A stretch of 64,000 bases of DNA, taken from an uncultured Gemmatimonadota bacterium (GTDB taxonomy: Bacteria; JAAXHH01). The DNA is taken from the NCBI GenBank assembly GCA_951812955.1, contig OX638340.1, positions 96,001-160,000 on the forward strand. The letters are read 5' to 3'. This document shows positions 11,102 through 20,559 of this stretch, in pieces (within the stretch, counting starts at the first letter, position 1; each line of letters starts with the position of its first letter). The position numbers and the translations under genes are program-made. The notes beneath the pieces are model-generated. The model saw only the letters and a list, made by a program, of their open reading frames with translations, ran no database searches and was not told the DNA's origin.

Positions 11102-12664
11102 CTATGCCCGGCCCGCGCCGGTCCCGGTGTCGTCGTAAAGTAGCTTGCGGGCTTGAGCCCTGGTCCGAATATCATGAAAAATCTGGATCGTTTCAAGCTT
11201 ATCCAGCATACGGCCGATCTCCGGCCCCTCGGGTATGCCCAGGTCGTCCATGATGTCCGCACCGTTCAATAGCAGGCCCTTATTCCGCACGGTACCGTGA
11301 CGGGTAAACAGCCCGAGCAGTCGGCGTACGGCCTTCGCGATCCTCCCGTACGCCGCGCTTCCTTCGTCCGATCCGTGCGCCAGGGCGAGGAGCGCCGCGC
11401 CGGGCGTATCGCCCTTCGTCCCGCGCAGAATCCGGCAGAGCGCTTCGTCGTCGGGTTCCCGGCGTGCAGCCGCTTCAAGTAGCCTCGCCGCACCGAAGAC
11501 CAGCTGGTGCAGCCCCTGTCTTTCCCGATTGCTCAGTCTCAGCCGGTCGGCCGCGCCTTCGACCGTTTCGAGCGCCGGGGCCGCGCCTTCGACCGTTTCA
11601 AGCGCCGGGGCCGCGCCTTCGACCGTTTCAAGCGCCGGGGCCGCGCCTTCGACCGTTTCAAGCGCCGGGGCCGCGCCGCCGACCCGAATGCGGTGCAACA
11701 CGAGGGAAGCGAAACGCAGGATCCACAGGAAGGACCGCCCGCCCGCGAGTTTCGTGCCGTAACCGGGCAGGTGGGCGTAGAGCCCGTGATCCACCAGGAA
11801 TACGTCCCGGGCGATGAGCCGGTCCGTGCGTTCCAGGGCTCGTGCGAGCATGGGAGTCGCTGGTTCCTTCCAGCCGGATAAGAGGGTCCGGAACACGCCC
11901 GAACGGACCATGGCCGAAACCCGTTCCGCCGTGCTGCGCGCGTCCAGGATCAGGGCCAGTTCGTACAGGACCCGCTCACCCGAAACCCCGCGCAGGTCTT
12001 CATCGCCTGCTTCAATCCATCGCGCGGTCTCGGGCGTTATTTCCAGCTTGAACTGGCCGGCAAGCCGGAAAGCGCGCAATATGCGCAGCGGGTCGTCGCG
12101 GAAGGACGCCTCGGATACCGCCTTGAGCCGCCTGGCCGCGAGGTCCGCAGCGCCGTCCAGGGGGTCGATCAGCGATGGTCTGCCGTCCAGGACGTCCGTC
12201 AGGCGGAAGGCCATGGCGTTGATGGTAAAGTCCCGTTTGCGCAGATCCTCCTTGAGCGTATCGCCCTTAAAGGACGATATATCGATGGTAAACCCGCGCC
12301 GCAACACGACGCGACCGGTTCGGTCCGTGTCATCGAGCGGTACGAAGGGACACCGCAGGCGGGCCGCCAGCTTCCGTCCCAGCTCAAGTCCATCCGCCGC
12401 GAGCGTAAGATCCATATCGTGTATCGTGCGGCCCAGGACGGCGTCCCGCACGGAGCCGCCCACGAGGTAGACTTCGTGGTTCACCTCCCGGCACAGATCG
12501 GTTAGATCCGAGGCGAGTCGCCTGTGGGCCTTTAGCAGGGGCTGGATACAATCGGCAAGGGCAGGCATCACGGAATCGAAGGGGCTTGCGGTCTCGGTTG
12601 GGAGGGAAGCAGGACAAGAGCACGGAGTCACCGGCGAATACCGGCCGGGACACCGGGTGACCAT
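11102..12664 (-). CDS. cca: tRNA nucleotidyltransferase (CCA-adding) / poly(A) polymerase family protein with an internal 10-aa x4 tandem repeat insertion
   Basis: It carries the Pol-beta NT head motifs (VYLVGGSVRDAVLG, RDFTINAMAF). The first ~32 aa in the ORF track look non-coding, so the true start may be the Met of MPALADCIQ. Confidence 0.75.
   Translation of the reverse strand: MVTRCPGRYSPVTPCSCPASLPTETASPFDSVMPALADCIQPLLKAHRRLASDLTDLCREVNHEVYLVGGSVRDAVLGRTIHDMDLTLAADGLELGRKLAARLRCPFVPLDDTDRTGRVVLRRGFTIDISSFKGDTLKEDLRKRDFTINAMAFRLTDVLDGRPSLIDPLDGAADLAARRLKAVSEASFRDDPLRILRAFRLAGQFKLEITPETARWIEAGDEDLRGVSGERVLYELALILDARSTAERVSAMVRSGVFRTLLSGWKEPATPMLARALERTDRLIARDVFLVDHGLYAHLPGYGTKLAGGRSFLWILRFASLVLHRIRVGGAAPALETVEGAAPALETVEGAAPALETVEGAAPALETVEGAADRLRLSNRERQGLHQLVFGAARLLEAAARREPDDEALCRILRGTKGDTPGAALLALAHGSDEGSAAYGRIAKAVRRLLGLFTRHGTVRNKGLLLNGADIMDDLGIPEGPEIGRMLDKLETIQIFHDIRTRAQARKLLYDDTGTGAGRA
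11551..11685. repeat. 30-bp tandem repeat (4 near-identical copies plus a partial one) inside the cca coding sequence
   Basis: The unit ccgcgccttcgaccgtttc[a/g]agcgccgggg occurs at 11551-11580, 11581-11610, 11611-11640 and 11641-11670, with a partial copy to about 11685. On the minus strand it encodes (APALETVEGA)x4 in frame. Confidence 0.9.
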
Positions 12665-12701
12665 CGAGCGGAACCCGACCGGATACTAGCCGTCTCCGCA
12701 G

Positions 12702-12732
12702 TCTGTGTCAAGGGATTTGTAGGTTGACACAG
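12702..12732 (+). promoter_or_regulatory. perfect 9-bp inverted repeat (candidate operator) upstream of hisA
   Basis: CTGTGTCAA-N13-TTGACACAG. The right arm contains a TTGACA -35-like hexamer. It lies in the divergent region between cca and hisA. Confidence 0.3.
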
Positions 12733-12816
12733 AGGCGCGTCCCTGTCCATCTTTAAAGTAGGTTACGTAGTTTGATCAGGCCCGTCACAGCAAGGTTTCA
12801 GGAAGCGTTACCACCC

Positions 12817-13551
12817 ATGCAACTCTATCCTGCCATCGACATCAGACACGGGCGATGCGTCCGGCTTTTAAAGGGGAGGCGTGACCGCGAGACGGTGTAT
12901 GGTTCGTCCCCGGCGGAAGTCGCGCTGAGATGGAAATCGATGGGGGCCACCTTTCTGCACGTCGTCGACCTGGACGGCGCCTTCACCGGCGCAGCGGGCA
13001 ACCTGTCGAGTGTCGTCGGCATCCTGGAACGGGCCGATATGCCGGTGCAACTCGGGGGAGGTATCCGAACGCCAGAGGCAGTGGAGAATTGGCTGGACCT
13101 CGGCGTGCGCCGAGTCGTCCTGGGCACGGCGGCCGTGGAAAACCCCGGCCTGGTGAGACATGCGGTAGACCAATGGGGACCGGAACGCATCGTTGTCGGG
13201 ATCGACGCGAAAGCCGGCAGGGCCGCGGTTAACGGATGGACGTCCGGCACATCCTGTTCCTCCCTCGAACTGGCGTCCGCCATGTGGGAGGCAGGGATCC
13301 GCAGGATCGTCTACACGGAGATCGACCGGGACGGTACGATGAACGGTCTCGATACCGCTGCCACGGCGCGCCTGGCCAGGGAAAGCGGCCTGCGTGTCAT
13401 CGCGTCGGGGGGCGTGGCGTCGCTGGACGACCTGGAACGGGCATCGAAATTCGCTGACGACGGCCTGGAAGGCGTGGTCATCGGCAAATCCCTTTATGAA
13501 GGCACGATCGACCTATCGGAAGCCGTGCGGAAATACCAGCCGGCCCCCTGA
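12817..13551 (+). CDS. hisA: ProFAR isomerase (HisA)
   Basis: MQLYPAIDIRHGRCVRL...VDLDGA...GGGIR...IVYTEIDRDGTMNG...VIASGGV. The ATG at 12817 was chosen over the upstream TTG at 12772. Confidence 0.85.
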   Translation: MQLYPAIDIRHGRCVRLLKGRRDRETVYGSSPAEVALRWKSMGATFLHVVDLDGAFTGAAGNLSSVVGILERADMPVQLGGGIRTPEAVENWLDLGVRRVVLGTAAVENPGLVRHAVDQWGPERIVVGIDAKAGRAAVNGWTSGTSCSSLELASAMWEAGIRRIVYTEIDRDGTMNGLDTAATARLARESGLRVIASGGVASLDDLERASKFADDGLEGVVIGKSLYEGTIDLSEAVRKYQPAP

Positions 13552-13574
13552 CCCGGGGACCTGGAGAGAATACC

Positions 13575-15221
13575 ATGGCGGAAAACACCGTAGAAGTCCT
13601 GATGATCGAAGACAACCCCGTGCACGTGCAGTTGATCCGCCATTTCATGGATTCCAGCCGGTTGAAGACCCGGCTTCACGTGGCGGGGACGCTCCGGGAA
13701 GGCCTGGACCTGCTCGGGAAGGAAACATTCGACGTGGTGCTGCTCGATCTGGTCCTGCCCGACAGCGCCGACCTCGACACCCTACACAGCGTTCGGTCCG
13801 CCGAACCGGACCTGCCGGTCATTATTCTGACCGGACTGGACGACGTGTCCCTGGCCGCCACGGCCGTGGAGTCAGGCGCACAGGACTACATCGTGAAGAC
13901 CCAGGCCAATACCACCATGCTCTCCCGGTCCATCCATTATGCTATCGAACGCGTACGTGCGCGCATGGGGGAATGGGATTCGGCCATGTTCAAACTGGCG
14001 CAGCAGCAGTTTCTGAAGGCGGCGCAGATCATGGGGCTCGACGAGAACATCCGGGAGCGGCTCCTCTTCCCCCAGCGGACCCACATCGTGACGCTCCCGT
14101 TCCGGCGTGACGAATATCACCTCGTGGAGAACGTATTCGGATACCGCGTGCAACACCTGCTCACCATGGGGCCGACCAAGGGCGGCATACGCTACCACGA
14201 GGACGTGAACCTGGGGGAGGTCTCCGCCCTGGCCATGTGGATGACGTGGAAATGCGCGCTGATCAACCTGCCCTTCGGCGGCGCCAAGGGCGGCGTCCGG
14301 ATCGATCCGACCGACCTGTCCCGCCGCGAACTGCAGCGCCTCACCCGCCGTTTCACGTCGGAAATCATCGACATCATCGGACCGGACAAGGACATCCCTG
14401 CTCCCGACATGGGCACGGACGAGCAAGTCATGGCCTGGATCATGGACACCTACAGCCAGCAGGCGGGTTACACGGTACCGGGCGTGGTCACCGGCAAGCC
14501 GGTCGTGCTGGGCGGCTCCCTGGGACGCCGCGAGGCGACCGGACGCGGACTGGTCTACCTGATCGAGGCGGCAGCGGAACACATGGGCATGTCCCTCGAC
14601 GGCGCCGCGGCCGTGGTCCAGGGATTCGGCAATGTCGGCAGCAATACTGCCCGTTTCCTGGATGAGGACGGCGTCAAGGTGGTCGCCGTGAGCGACGTCA
14701 CCACCGGCATCTACAATCCGAACGGCCTGGTGTTGGCGGACGTCTATAAGTACTGCGGGGAAAACCGCTTCCTCACGGGCTATCCCGAGGCCGACGAGGT
14801 AACCAACGAAGAACTGCTCGAGCTGCCCTGCGACATCCTCGCCCCGGCCGCGCTGCAGAACCAGGTCACCAGCGAAAATGCAGACCGGCTGAAGTGCAGA
14901 CTCCTCGCCGAAGGGGCCAACGGGCCCACCACGCTCGAGGCGGACGAGATTCTCACGGAAAAGGACGTGTTCATCCTGCCGGACGTCCTGGGCAACGCCG
15001 GGGGCGTTACGGTCTCCTACTTCGAGTGGGTGCAGGATACACAAAACTACATGTGGACACTCGAGGAGATCAACGGCAGGCTGCACAATATCCTCATCGA
15101 CGCTTTTGAACGGACCATACACCGGGCTTCCGAGCAGAAGATCGATATGCGTACATCGGCACTGATAGAAGGTATCAGCCGGGTGACCCAGGCGAAACTG
15201 CTTCGGGGCATATTTCCGTAA
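13575..15221 (+). CDS. fusion protein: N-terminal response-regulator receiver (REC) domain plus a complete Glu/Leu/Phe/Val (glutamate) dehydrogenase
   Basis: The REC domain (aa ~5-125) has [21 protein letters not shown] (phospho-acceptor Asp), VIILTG and QDYIVK (conserved Lys). The GDH part has [23 protein letters not shown] (catalytic Lys box) and the QGFGNVG dinucleotide-binding motif. Confidence 0.85.
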   Translation: MAENTVEVLMIEDNPVHVQLIRHFMDSSRLKTRLHVAGTLREGLDLLGKETFDVVLLDLVLPDSADLDTLHSVRSAEPDLPVIILTGLDDVSLAATAVESGAQDYIVKTQANTTMLSRSIHYAIERVRARMGEWDSAMFKLAQQQFLKAAQIMGLDENIRERLLFPQRTHIVTLPFRRDEYHLVENVFGYRVQHLLTMGPTKGGIRYHEDVNLGEVSALAMWMTWKCALINLPFGGAKGGVRIDPTDLSRRELQRLTRRFTSEIIDIIGPDKDIPAPDMGTDEQVMAWIMDTYSQQAGYTVPGVVTGKPVVLGGSLGRREATGRGLVYLIEAAAEHMGMSLDGAAAVVQGFGNVGSNTARFLDEDGVKVVAVSDVTTGIYNPNGLVLADVYKYCGENRFLTGYPEADEVTNEELLELPCDILAPAALQNQVTSENADRLKCRLLAEGANGPTTLEADEILTEKDVFILPDVLGNAGGVTVSYFEWVQDTQNYMWTLEEINGRLHNILIDAFERTIHRASEQKIDMRTSALIEGISRVTQAKLLRGIFP

Positions 15222-15252
15222 AACCGCGGCAGGCGTCGATGGGAGGCAGGTC

Positions 15253-18216
15253 ATGGATTCGACGGAGATTGATGCGACGTGGGTGAGGATTCTTCAGAAA
15301 ACCGCGTACCTCTGCAGCGGGATCGTCATATCGTGCTCCGTGCTCGTACTTATCGGCTGGCAATTAGATATCGCCGAGCTGCGGGGACTGATCAACCCGG
15401 GCCGGGTTCCCATGAACCCGCTCACGGCCGTGGTCTTTTTGCTGGCGGGGTTTACACTGTGCGCCCTGTTGCCGAGAAACGCCCCTTCCCAACGGAGATG
15501 GGCGGGCTTTGCCGGGGCGGGGCTGCTCATGGCCTTCGGCGCCGCCAAGCTCTTCGGACTGGACATCGGCGGCAGGGGCATCGACGAGTGGCTGTTCACG
15601 GCGTCCCTGGGCGGCAGCCGGATGGCCCCACACACCGCCTTTACCTTCATGCTTGTGGGCCTGGCCCTCCTGCTCCTCGACCTGCGCGGCCCAAGACACT
15701 GGCTGTCCCACGTCTGCGTCATGAACGCCGGGATCATCGCCCTCCTTTCTCTGGCCGGCGCGATATACAGCACGATGGTATTATACCGGGTTTCCGGCGT
15801 GATCCCCATCAGCCTGAATACGGCACTGGGCTTCGGCGTGCTGTGCGTCGGCATATTCTGCGCGCGTCCCCGCCGTGAACCGGCGGCCACGCTGGTCAGC
15901 GCAACGGCCGGCGGTATTATGGCCCGCCGCCTGCTGCCCGCGGCCTTCCTCATTCCCATCATCCTGGGCTGGCTCCAGTTCCAGGGAGAAAGAGCGGGAT
16001 TCTATGGGGTGGAGTTCGGCCATTCGATCTTCGTGGTCTGCAACGTGATCGCCTTCAACATCCTGATCTGGTGGAACGCCCGTTCGATCGGTCAGATCGA
16101 CGCGGAACGCACGCGGATCGCCCACGAACTGCATCGCCAAAACGCCCTCCTGGAAAAGACGGCCCACGACATGGTGCTGTTTCAACAGGAACTCCAGGAA
16201 GCCAAGGAGTCGGCCGAGGAAGCCAGCAGGGCCAAAAGCGAGTTTCTCGCCAACATGAGTCACGAGATCCGCACGCCCATCAACGGGATCACCGGCATGA
16301 CCCAATTGATGCTGAACAGCGACCTGTCGCCCAGGCAACGGGAATTCATGCGGTTGATCGATCAGTCCACGGAATCGCTACAGGGCCTGTTAAACGATAT
16401 CCTGGACTTCTCGAAGATCGAGGCGGGCCGACTGGAGCTCGAATCGATCCCCTTCGAATTGCGGGAGCGCATCGCCAATACGGTGCAGGCCATGTCGATC
16501 CCCGCGTCGGAAAAGGGCCTCGAACTGGCCTACCAGGTATCGCCGGACGTCCCCGATCACCTCGTGGGCGACCCGGGCCGTTTGAGCCAGATTGTGATCA
16601 ACCTGGTCGGGAACGCCATCAAGTTCACGGACTCGGGAGAAGTGGTCCTGACCATGGGGCTGGAATCGGAAACGGAAGAAGCCGTGTCGCTGGTCTGCTC
16701 GGTGGCCGACACCGGAATTGGCATCCCGGAGGACAAGCAGCAACTGATCTTCGACGTCTTCAGCCAGGCGGATAGTTCCATGTCTCGGAAATACGGAGGC
16801 ACGGGGTTGGGACTGGCCATCTGCGCGCAGCTGACATCCATGATGGACGGCCGCATATGGGTCGAAAGCGATGTGGAGCGGGGCAGCACGTTTCATTTTA
16901 CCTTCGGCATGAAGAAACAACTCGACGCGGAGAAGAAGGCCGTGTTGGACGCCGAGCCGCTGTCCGGCCTGCGGGTGCTCGTGGTCGACGACCATTCCAC
17001 CAACCGGCGGTTCCTGGTCGACATGCTGACCGAATGGTCCATGAAACCGACGGAAGCCGGCACCGGCGTGGAAACCCTGGCCGCCCTTTCCGGCGATGAT
17101 GGCGATGCCATTCAACTGGTCCTCCTGGACGAAACCATGCCGGAAATGGAGGAATACGGGCTTGTGCGGGAAATCAACCAGTGCGCAGATGGCCGGAGGC
17201 TCGGCGTCATCCTGCTCGTCTCCGCCGGTCAAAGGGAGGATCCGGATAACGGCAAGACTTTCGGAATCGCCTGTACGGTCAGCAAGCCGGTCAAGCAGTC
17301 CGACCTGCTGGACGCCATCATGGATACCGTGGCGGGCACGCGCGAACCCTCAATTGCAAAACACGCCGACGGCGCGGTTGAAGGGCTCGTTCCCCGCCGT
17401 ATCCTCCTGGCCGAGGACGGGATCGTGAACCAGCGCGTCGCGGTGCTCATGCTGGAGTCCAGGGGCCACGCGGTCACCGTGGTGAACAATGGCAGGGAAG
17501 CGGTCGAAGCGTACAAGAACGGGACCTTCGACCTGATCCTGATGGACGTGCAGATGCCCGAGATGGATGGACTGGAAGCGACCCGGACGATTCGCGGCCT
17601 GGAAACCGGAGACGCCCGCACCCCCATCATTGCGATGACGGCCCACGCCATGCGTGGAGATCGAGAGCGGTGCCTTGAAGCCGGGATGGACGAATACCTG
17701 TCGAAACCCATTCAGGCCCAACTGCTCTACTCCGTGGTGGATAACGTTCCGGTTGAGACCAGGGAGGAATCCGGTGATTCCGCTTCCGAGGCGGCACAGG
17801 GTGAGGTCCTGCCTACCGTGGCGGAAGCCGCGCCTTCTGCGCCGCCGGGGGATCCGGCGGCGATCGACTGGGTAAAGGCCGTAGCGCAATTTGACGGAGA
17901 CGAGCAGGTGGCATCGGAACTGGCCGAGCTTTTCCTGACCGAATGCCAGGGGCTTGAAGCCGGTATGCGCGAAGCGCTCGATGCCCGGAATGGCGCCGAC
18001 CTGAGACGGCATGCCCATACATTGAAAGGTTCAGCCGGGATATTCAAGGCACAGGCTGCCGTGTCCGCTGCACAGCGACTTGAAAAGATGGGCAAAGCCG
18101 GGGATTTTACCGGGGCGGAGGAGGCATGGACGGCGCTGGCCGTCGAACTGGACCGGGTGAAGGCGGTCCTCCGGGAACGGGTTGCCGAGGCGAAACAGCA
18201 ATCTGGTCTCGCTTAG
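15253..18216 (+). CDS. hybrid sensor histidine kinase: ~8-TM N-terminal sensor, coiled coil, HisKA, HATPase_c, two REC domains and a C-terminal HPt
   Basis: The H-box is [12 protein letters not shown] and the G-boxes are GNAIKFT and [12 protein letters not shown]1 has VLVVDDH...LVLLDETMP and REC2 has ILLAEDG...[13 protein letters not shown]. The HPt histidine is in [10 protein letters not shown]. Confidence 0.85.
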   Translation: MDSTEIDATWVRILQKTAYLCSGIVISCSVLVLIGWQLDIAELRGLINPGRVPMNPLTAVVFLLAGFTLCALLPRNAPSQRRWAGFAGAGLLMAFGAAKLFGLDIGGRGIDEWLFTASLGGSRMAPHTAFTFMLVGLALLLLDLRGPRHWLSHVCVMNAGIIALLSLAGAIYSTMVLYRVSGVIPISLNTALGFGVLCVGIFCARPRREPAATLVSATAGGIMARRLLPAAFLIPIILGWLQFQGERAGFYGVEFGHSIFVVCNVIAFNILIWWNARSIGQIDAERTRIAHELHRQNALLEKTAHDMVLFQQELQEAKESAEEASRAKSEFLANMSHEIRTPINGITGMTQLMLNSDLSPRQREFMRLIDQSTESLQGLLNDILDFSKIEAGRLELESIPFELRERIANTVQAMSIPASEKGLELAYQVSPDVPDHLVGDPGRLSQIVINLVGNAIKFTDSGEVVLTMGLESETEEAVSLVCSVADTGIGIPEDKQQLIFDVFSQADSSMSRKYGGTGLGLAICAQLTSMMDGRIWVESDVERGSTFHFTFGMKKQLDAEKKAVLDAEPLSGLRVLVVDDHSTNRRFLVDMLTEWSMKPTEAGTGVETLAALSGDDGDAIQLVLLDETMPEMEEYGLVREINQCADGRRLGVILLVSAGQREDPDNGKTFGIACTVSKPVKQSDLLDAIMDTVAGTREPSIAKHADGAVEGLVPRRILLAEDGIVNQRVAVLMLESRGHAVTVVNNGREAVEAYKNGTFDLILMDVQMPEMDGLEATRTIRGLETGDARTPIIAMTAHAMRGDRERCLEAGMDEYLSKPIQAQLLYSVVDNVPVETREESGDSASEAAQGEVLPTVAEAAPSAPPGDPAAIDWVKAVAQFDGDEQVASELAELFLTECQGLEAGMREALDARNGADLRRHAHTLKGSAGIFKAQAAVSAAQRLEKMGKAGDFTGAEEAWTALAVELDRVKAVLRERVAEAKQQSGLA

Positions 18217-18325
18217 TACTGAGCCGCTTCCTGCGCGATGCCGCGCATTGCCCCGCCTCCTGATTACTGTCGTGCCGCTTCCTGCGCGATGCCGCGTTCC
18301 TGCGCTTCCTCAGCGGTTTAATGCC

Positions 18326-20020
18326 CTACGTTTGCTTTCCGTAGCGCTCCAGATACCTGTTTTCCGCTTCGATCGTCCCGATTAGAAGGATCTCGCACCC
18401 GGTGGCCAGTTTCATCGACGGAGGGGGACTCACGATACTCTCTTTGCCGGTGAAAACGGCCGTGATGTAACAGCCTGTCTCCGGGTAGATCTGAGAATCG
18501 GCGATGGTCTTGCCGGCGAGTTCTCTGGGAAGCCTGACCCGGAAGAAGTTCAACCCTTCCGTGATCATGACGATGTCGTTTCGCTTGAGCAGGTTCAGGA
18601 TGATGTTGGCGCCCATGGAAGCGTAGGACATGACGAAGTCGGCCCCCGCCCGGTGAAGCGCTTCCACGTTCCGTTCCTGTTTCGCCCGCGTGATGATCTG
18701 GATATCCGGCCGCAGCTTGCGGCAATATATCGTGAGATAGATGTTCATGTCGTCTTCATGGGACGTGATGATGACGGTCGGCGCATCCATGAGGCCGGCC
18801 TTCTTCATCGTCTCGATATCCGCGGCGTCACCCAGTACATAGTGTTTTTCGTTCCGGATCCGGTCGGGCTGCTGCTCGATGATCCGGTAGTCCAGCCCTC
18901 GCTCCACGAGCGTGCCGCCCGCCGAGCGTCCCACGCGTCCTCCGCCGATGATGACGATCGGCGGATCGGAAACGTTGTAGATGGCGAAAAGTTCATTATA
19001 GGAGATGATCTGGCTTTCCGTGCCCATGAGCACCAGGATCATCCGTTCGGTCAGCGGCGTGTCGGGCGCGATCACGCGGAACCTGCCCCGCTCCCATACA
19101 CCGACGACCGTGACGCCGGTCAGTTCGCGCAGACGCGTTTCGCGCAGGGTCTTTCCGATGAGAGGGGTATCCACGATACTCGCGTCGGCTACCATAAGAT
19201 CTTCGACGTTTCCGAGTACGTGAGACATGGAATCCACGCTCGAAGCGAGCCGTGCGAGGAGCTGCCCCATCTGCTGCCCCAGCTGGATCACGTGGGTGCA
19301 GCCCGCCAGTTCGAGGATATCCACGGAGTCGGGTGAGTTCGCCGTGGCCAGGATGGGGATGTCTTTATTGGTATTCCGGATCGTGAAGGCAATGCTGGTG
19401 TTCAGGGTATCCTTTCCCGTGGCGACGACGAGTGCGGCCTGGTCCACGTTCGCGTGCCGGTAGGTCTCCGGGTTGTCCAGGTCGCCGTACACGACATTCA
19501 GCCCCCTGTCGTGCAGGATCAGCGATTCATCCAGTTCGGGAATGATGAATACGTATTCGTTTCCGTATTGCTTGAGCCTGGAAGCGAGGGCGCTCGTCAC
19601 CTCGTCGTAATTCGTGATGACCACGTGATCTCGGAAAGTCGGATCCAGCGTGCGCGGCGCACGGGCGATGGAATGCGCGCTGAGCCAGGGGCGATAGATA
19701 AACTCCACGAAGGCGACGGGAAGAACGATGATGAGTGTAGTCAATCCGGTCAGCAGGACGCACATGGAAAAGACGCGGCCCAGGTCGCTGGTGAATATGA
19801 CATCGCCGTACCCGAGCGTGGTCATCGTGGTCAGCGTCCAGTAAAATCCGGTGAACCACGTATGATCCCGTCCTTCCATGGCCTGAAGCTCGTGAAAGAG
19901 GACGGTGTAGACCAGCATCAACAGGAAGAGGAAGATGAAAAACCGATAGAAGAACTTCAGGTTTCCCGATCCGATCGTGGTGCGCAACACACCCAGGTAC
20001 TGTCTGTAGAAGGTCTGCAT
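18326..20020 (-). CDS. 2-TM potassium channel with two RCK (TrkA-N/TrkA-C) regulatory domains (MthK/Kch-like)
   Basis: The selectivity filter TTLGYGD sits between two TM helices. Two Rossmann RCK_N domains (one with IIGGGRVG) are each followed by a TrkA_C domain. Confidence 0.85.
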   Translation of the reverse strand: MQTFYRQYLGVLRTTIGSGNLKFFYRFFIFLFLLMLVYTVLFHELQAMEGRDHTWFTGFYWTLTTMTTLGYGDVIFTSDLGRVFSMCVLLTGLTTLIIVLPVAFVEFIYRPWLSAHSIARAPRTLDPTFRDHVVITNYDEVTSALASRLKQYGNEYVFIIPELDESLILHDRGLNVVYGDLDNPETYRHANVDQAALVVATGKDTLNTSIAFTIRNTNKDIPILATANSPDSVDILELAGCTHVIQLGQQMGQLLARLASSVDSMSHVLGNVEDLMVADASIVDTPLIGKTLRETRLRELTGVTVVGVWERGRFRVIAPDTPLTERMILVLMGTESQIISYNELFAIYNVSDPPIVIIGGGRVGRSAGGTLVERGLDYRIIEQQPDRIRNEKHYVLGDAADIETMKKAGLMDAPTVIITSHEDDMNIYLTIYCRKLRPDIQIITRAKQERNVEALHRAGADFVMSYASMGANIILNLLKRNDIVMITEGLNFFRVRLPRELAGKTIADSQIYPETGCYITAVFTGKESIVSPPPSMKLATGCEILLIGTIEAENRYLERYGKQT

Positions 20021-20261
20021 GGTTAATTCGGGTTTAATGGTTATGGTTCACGTCGAGACGCGATGGCTCCTGCCCGCATCGCGCGTCGGCACCAAGAGCT
20101 ACCAGTCTAAATCCATCCTTGCCCACTGTCAAGCCCGCACGGGAAGCCCGTGGTCGAATTGCCTTGAGCCGTTACCGCATACCGCGTCGAGCCCGAAACC
20201 GGGTTGCCGCGTCTTTTTCTCCTTGCTCCACTACATACTGTTCCTGTAATCTGCCAGATGA

Positions 20262-20480
20262 ATACAGCGGCCTGCCCCGGCCCGCTCGGTTCGCCCGGCT
20301 CGTTCAGTCCTGCCGGCTCGCTCGGTTCACCCGGCTCGTCCGGCCCGCCTGGCTCGTTCAGTCCTGCCGGCTCGTCCGGCCCGCCCGGCCCGCCCGGCCC
20401 GCCCGGTTCGCTCGGATCGTTCGGTCCGGCTCGGTTCGTCCGGCCTGCACGGTTCGGTCGGCCCGCTCAGTCCGGCCGGG
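20262..20480. repeat. GC-rich degenerate minisatellite in the 540-bp divergent intergenic region
   Basis: The sequence ctcgttcagtcctgccggctcg occurs twice, at about 20309 and 20353. It is followed by (CCGGCCCG)x4 and further ggctcg/ggttcg variants. Confidence 0.6.
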
Positions 20481-20559
20481 TACCGGACGGTTCGGCCGCG
20501 TCACGGACGTCGTAAGGCATGTTTCATTCTCTCATTTCTAATGAACGGAAGCGTGGACC

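Noticed and set aside
11551-11685. Possible CRISPR array, because of identical 30-bp direct repeats
   Set aside because: The units are contiguous with no spacers, lie in frame inside the cca CDS, and there are no cas genes. It is a minisatellite, not CRISPR. The same logic applies to the 46-bp repeat at 48440 and the 22-bp repeat at 61103.
12772-12816. Upstream TTG start for hisA, as given in the ORF track
   Set aside because: The first 15 residues (MIRPVTARFQEALPP) are not part of the HisA fold. The ATG at 12817 gives the canonical MQLYPAIDIRHG N-terminus.
13872-15254. 460-aa minus-strand ORF covering the REC-GDH gene
   Set aside because: Shadow ORF antisense to a gene with clear GDH motifs. 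It has no domain signature.
20119-20541. 140-aa Arg-rich and 103-aa Gly/Pro/Ser collagen-like ORFs in the 20.0-20.56 kb spacer
   Set aside because: Both are generated by the GC-rich minisatellite, and every frame is low-complexity. There is no RBS or signal peptide. The region is treated as non-coding repeat, although a small repetitive peptide cannot be fully excluded.
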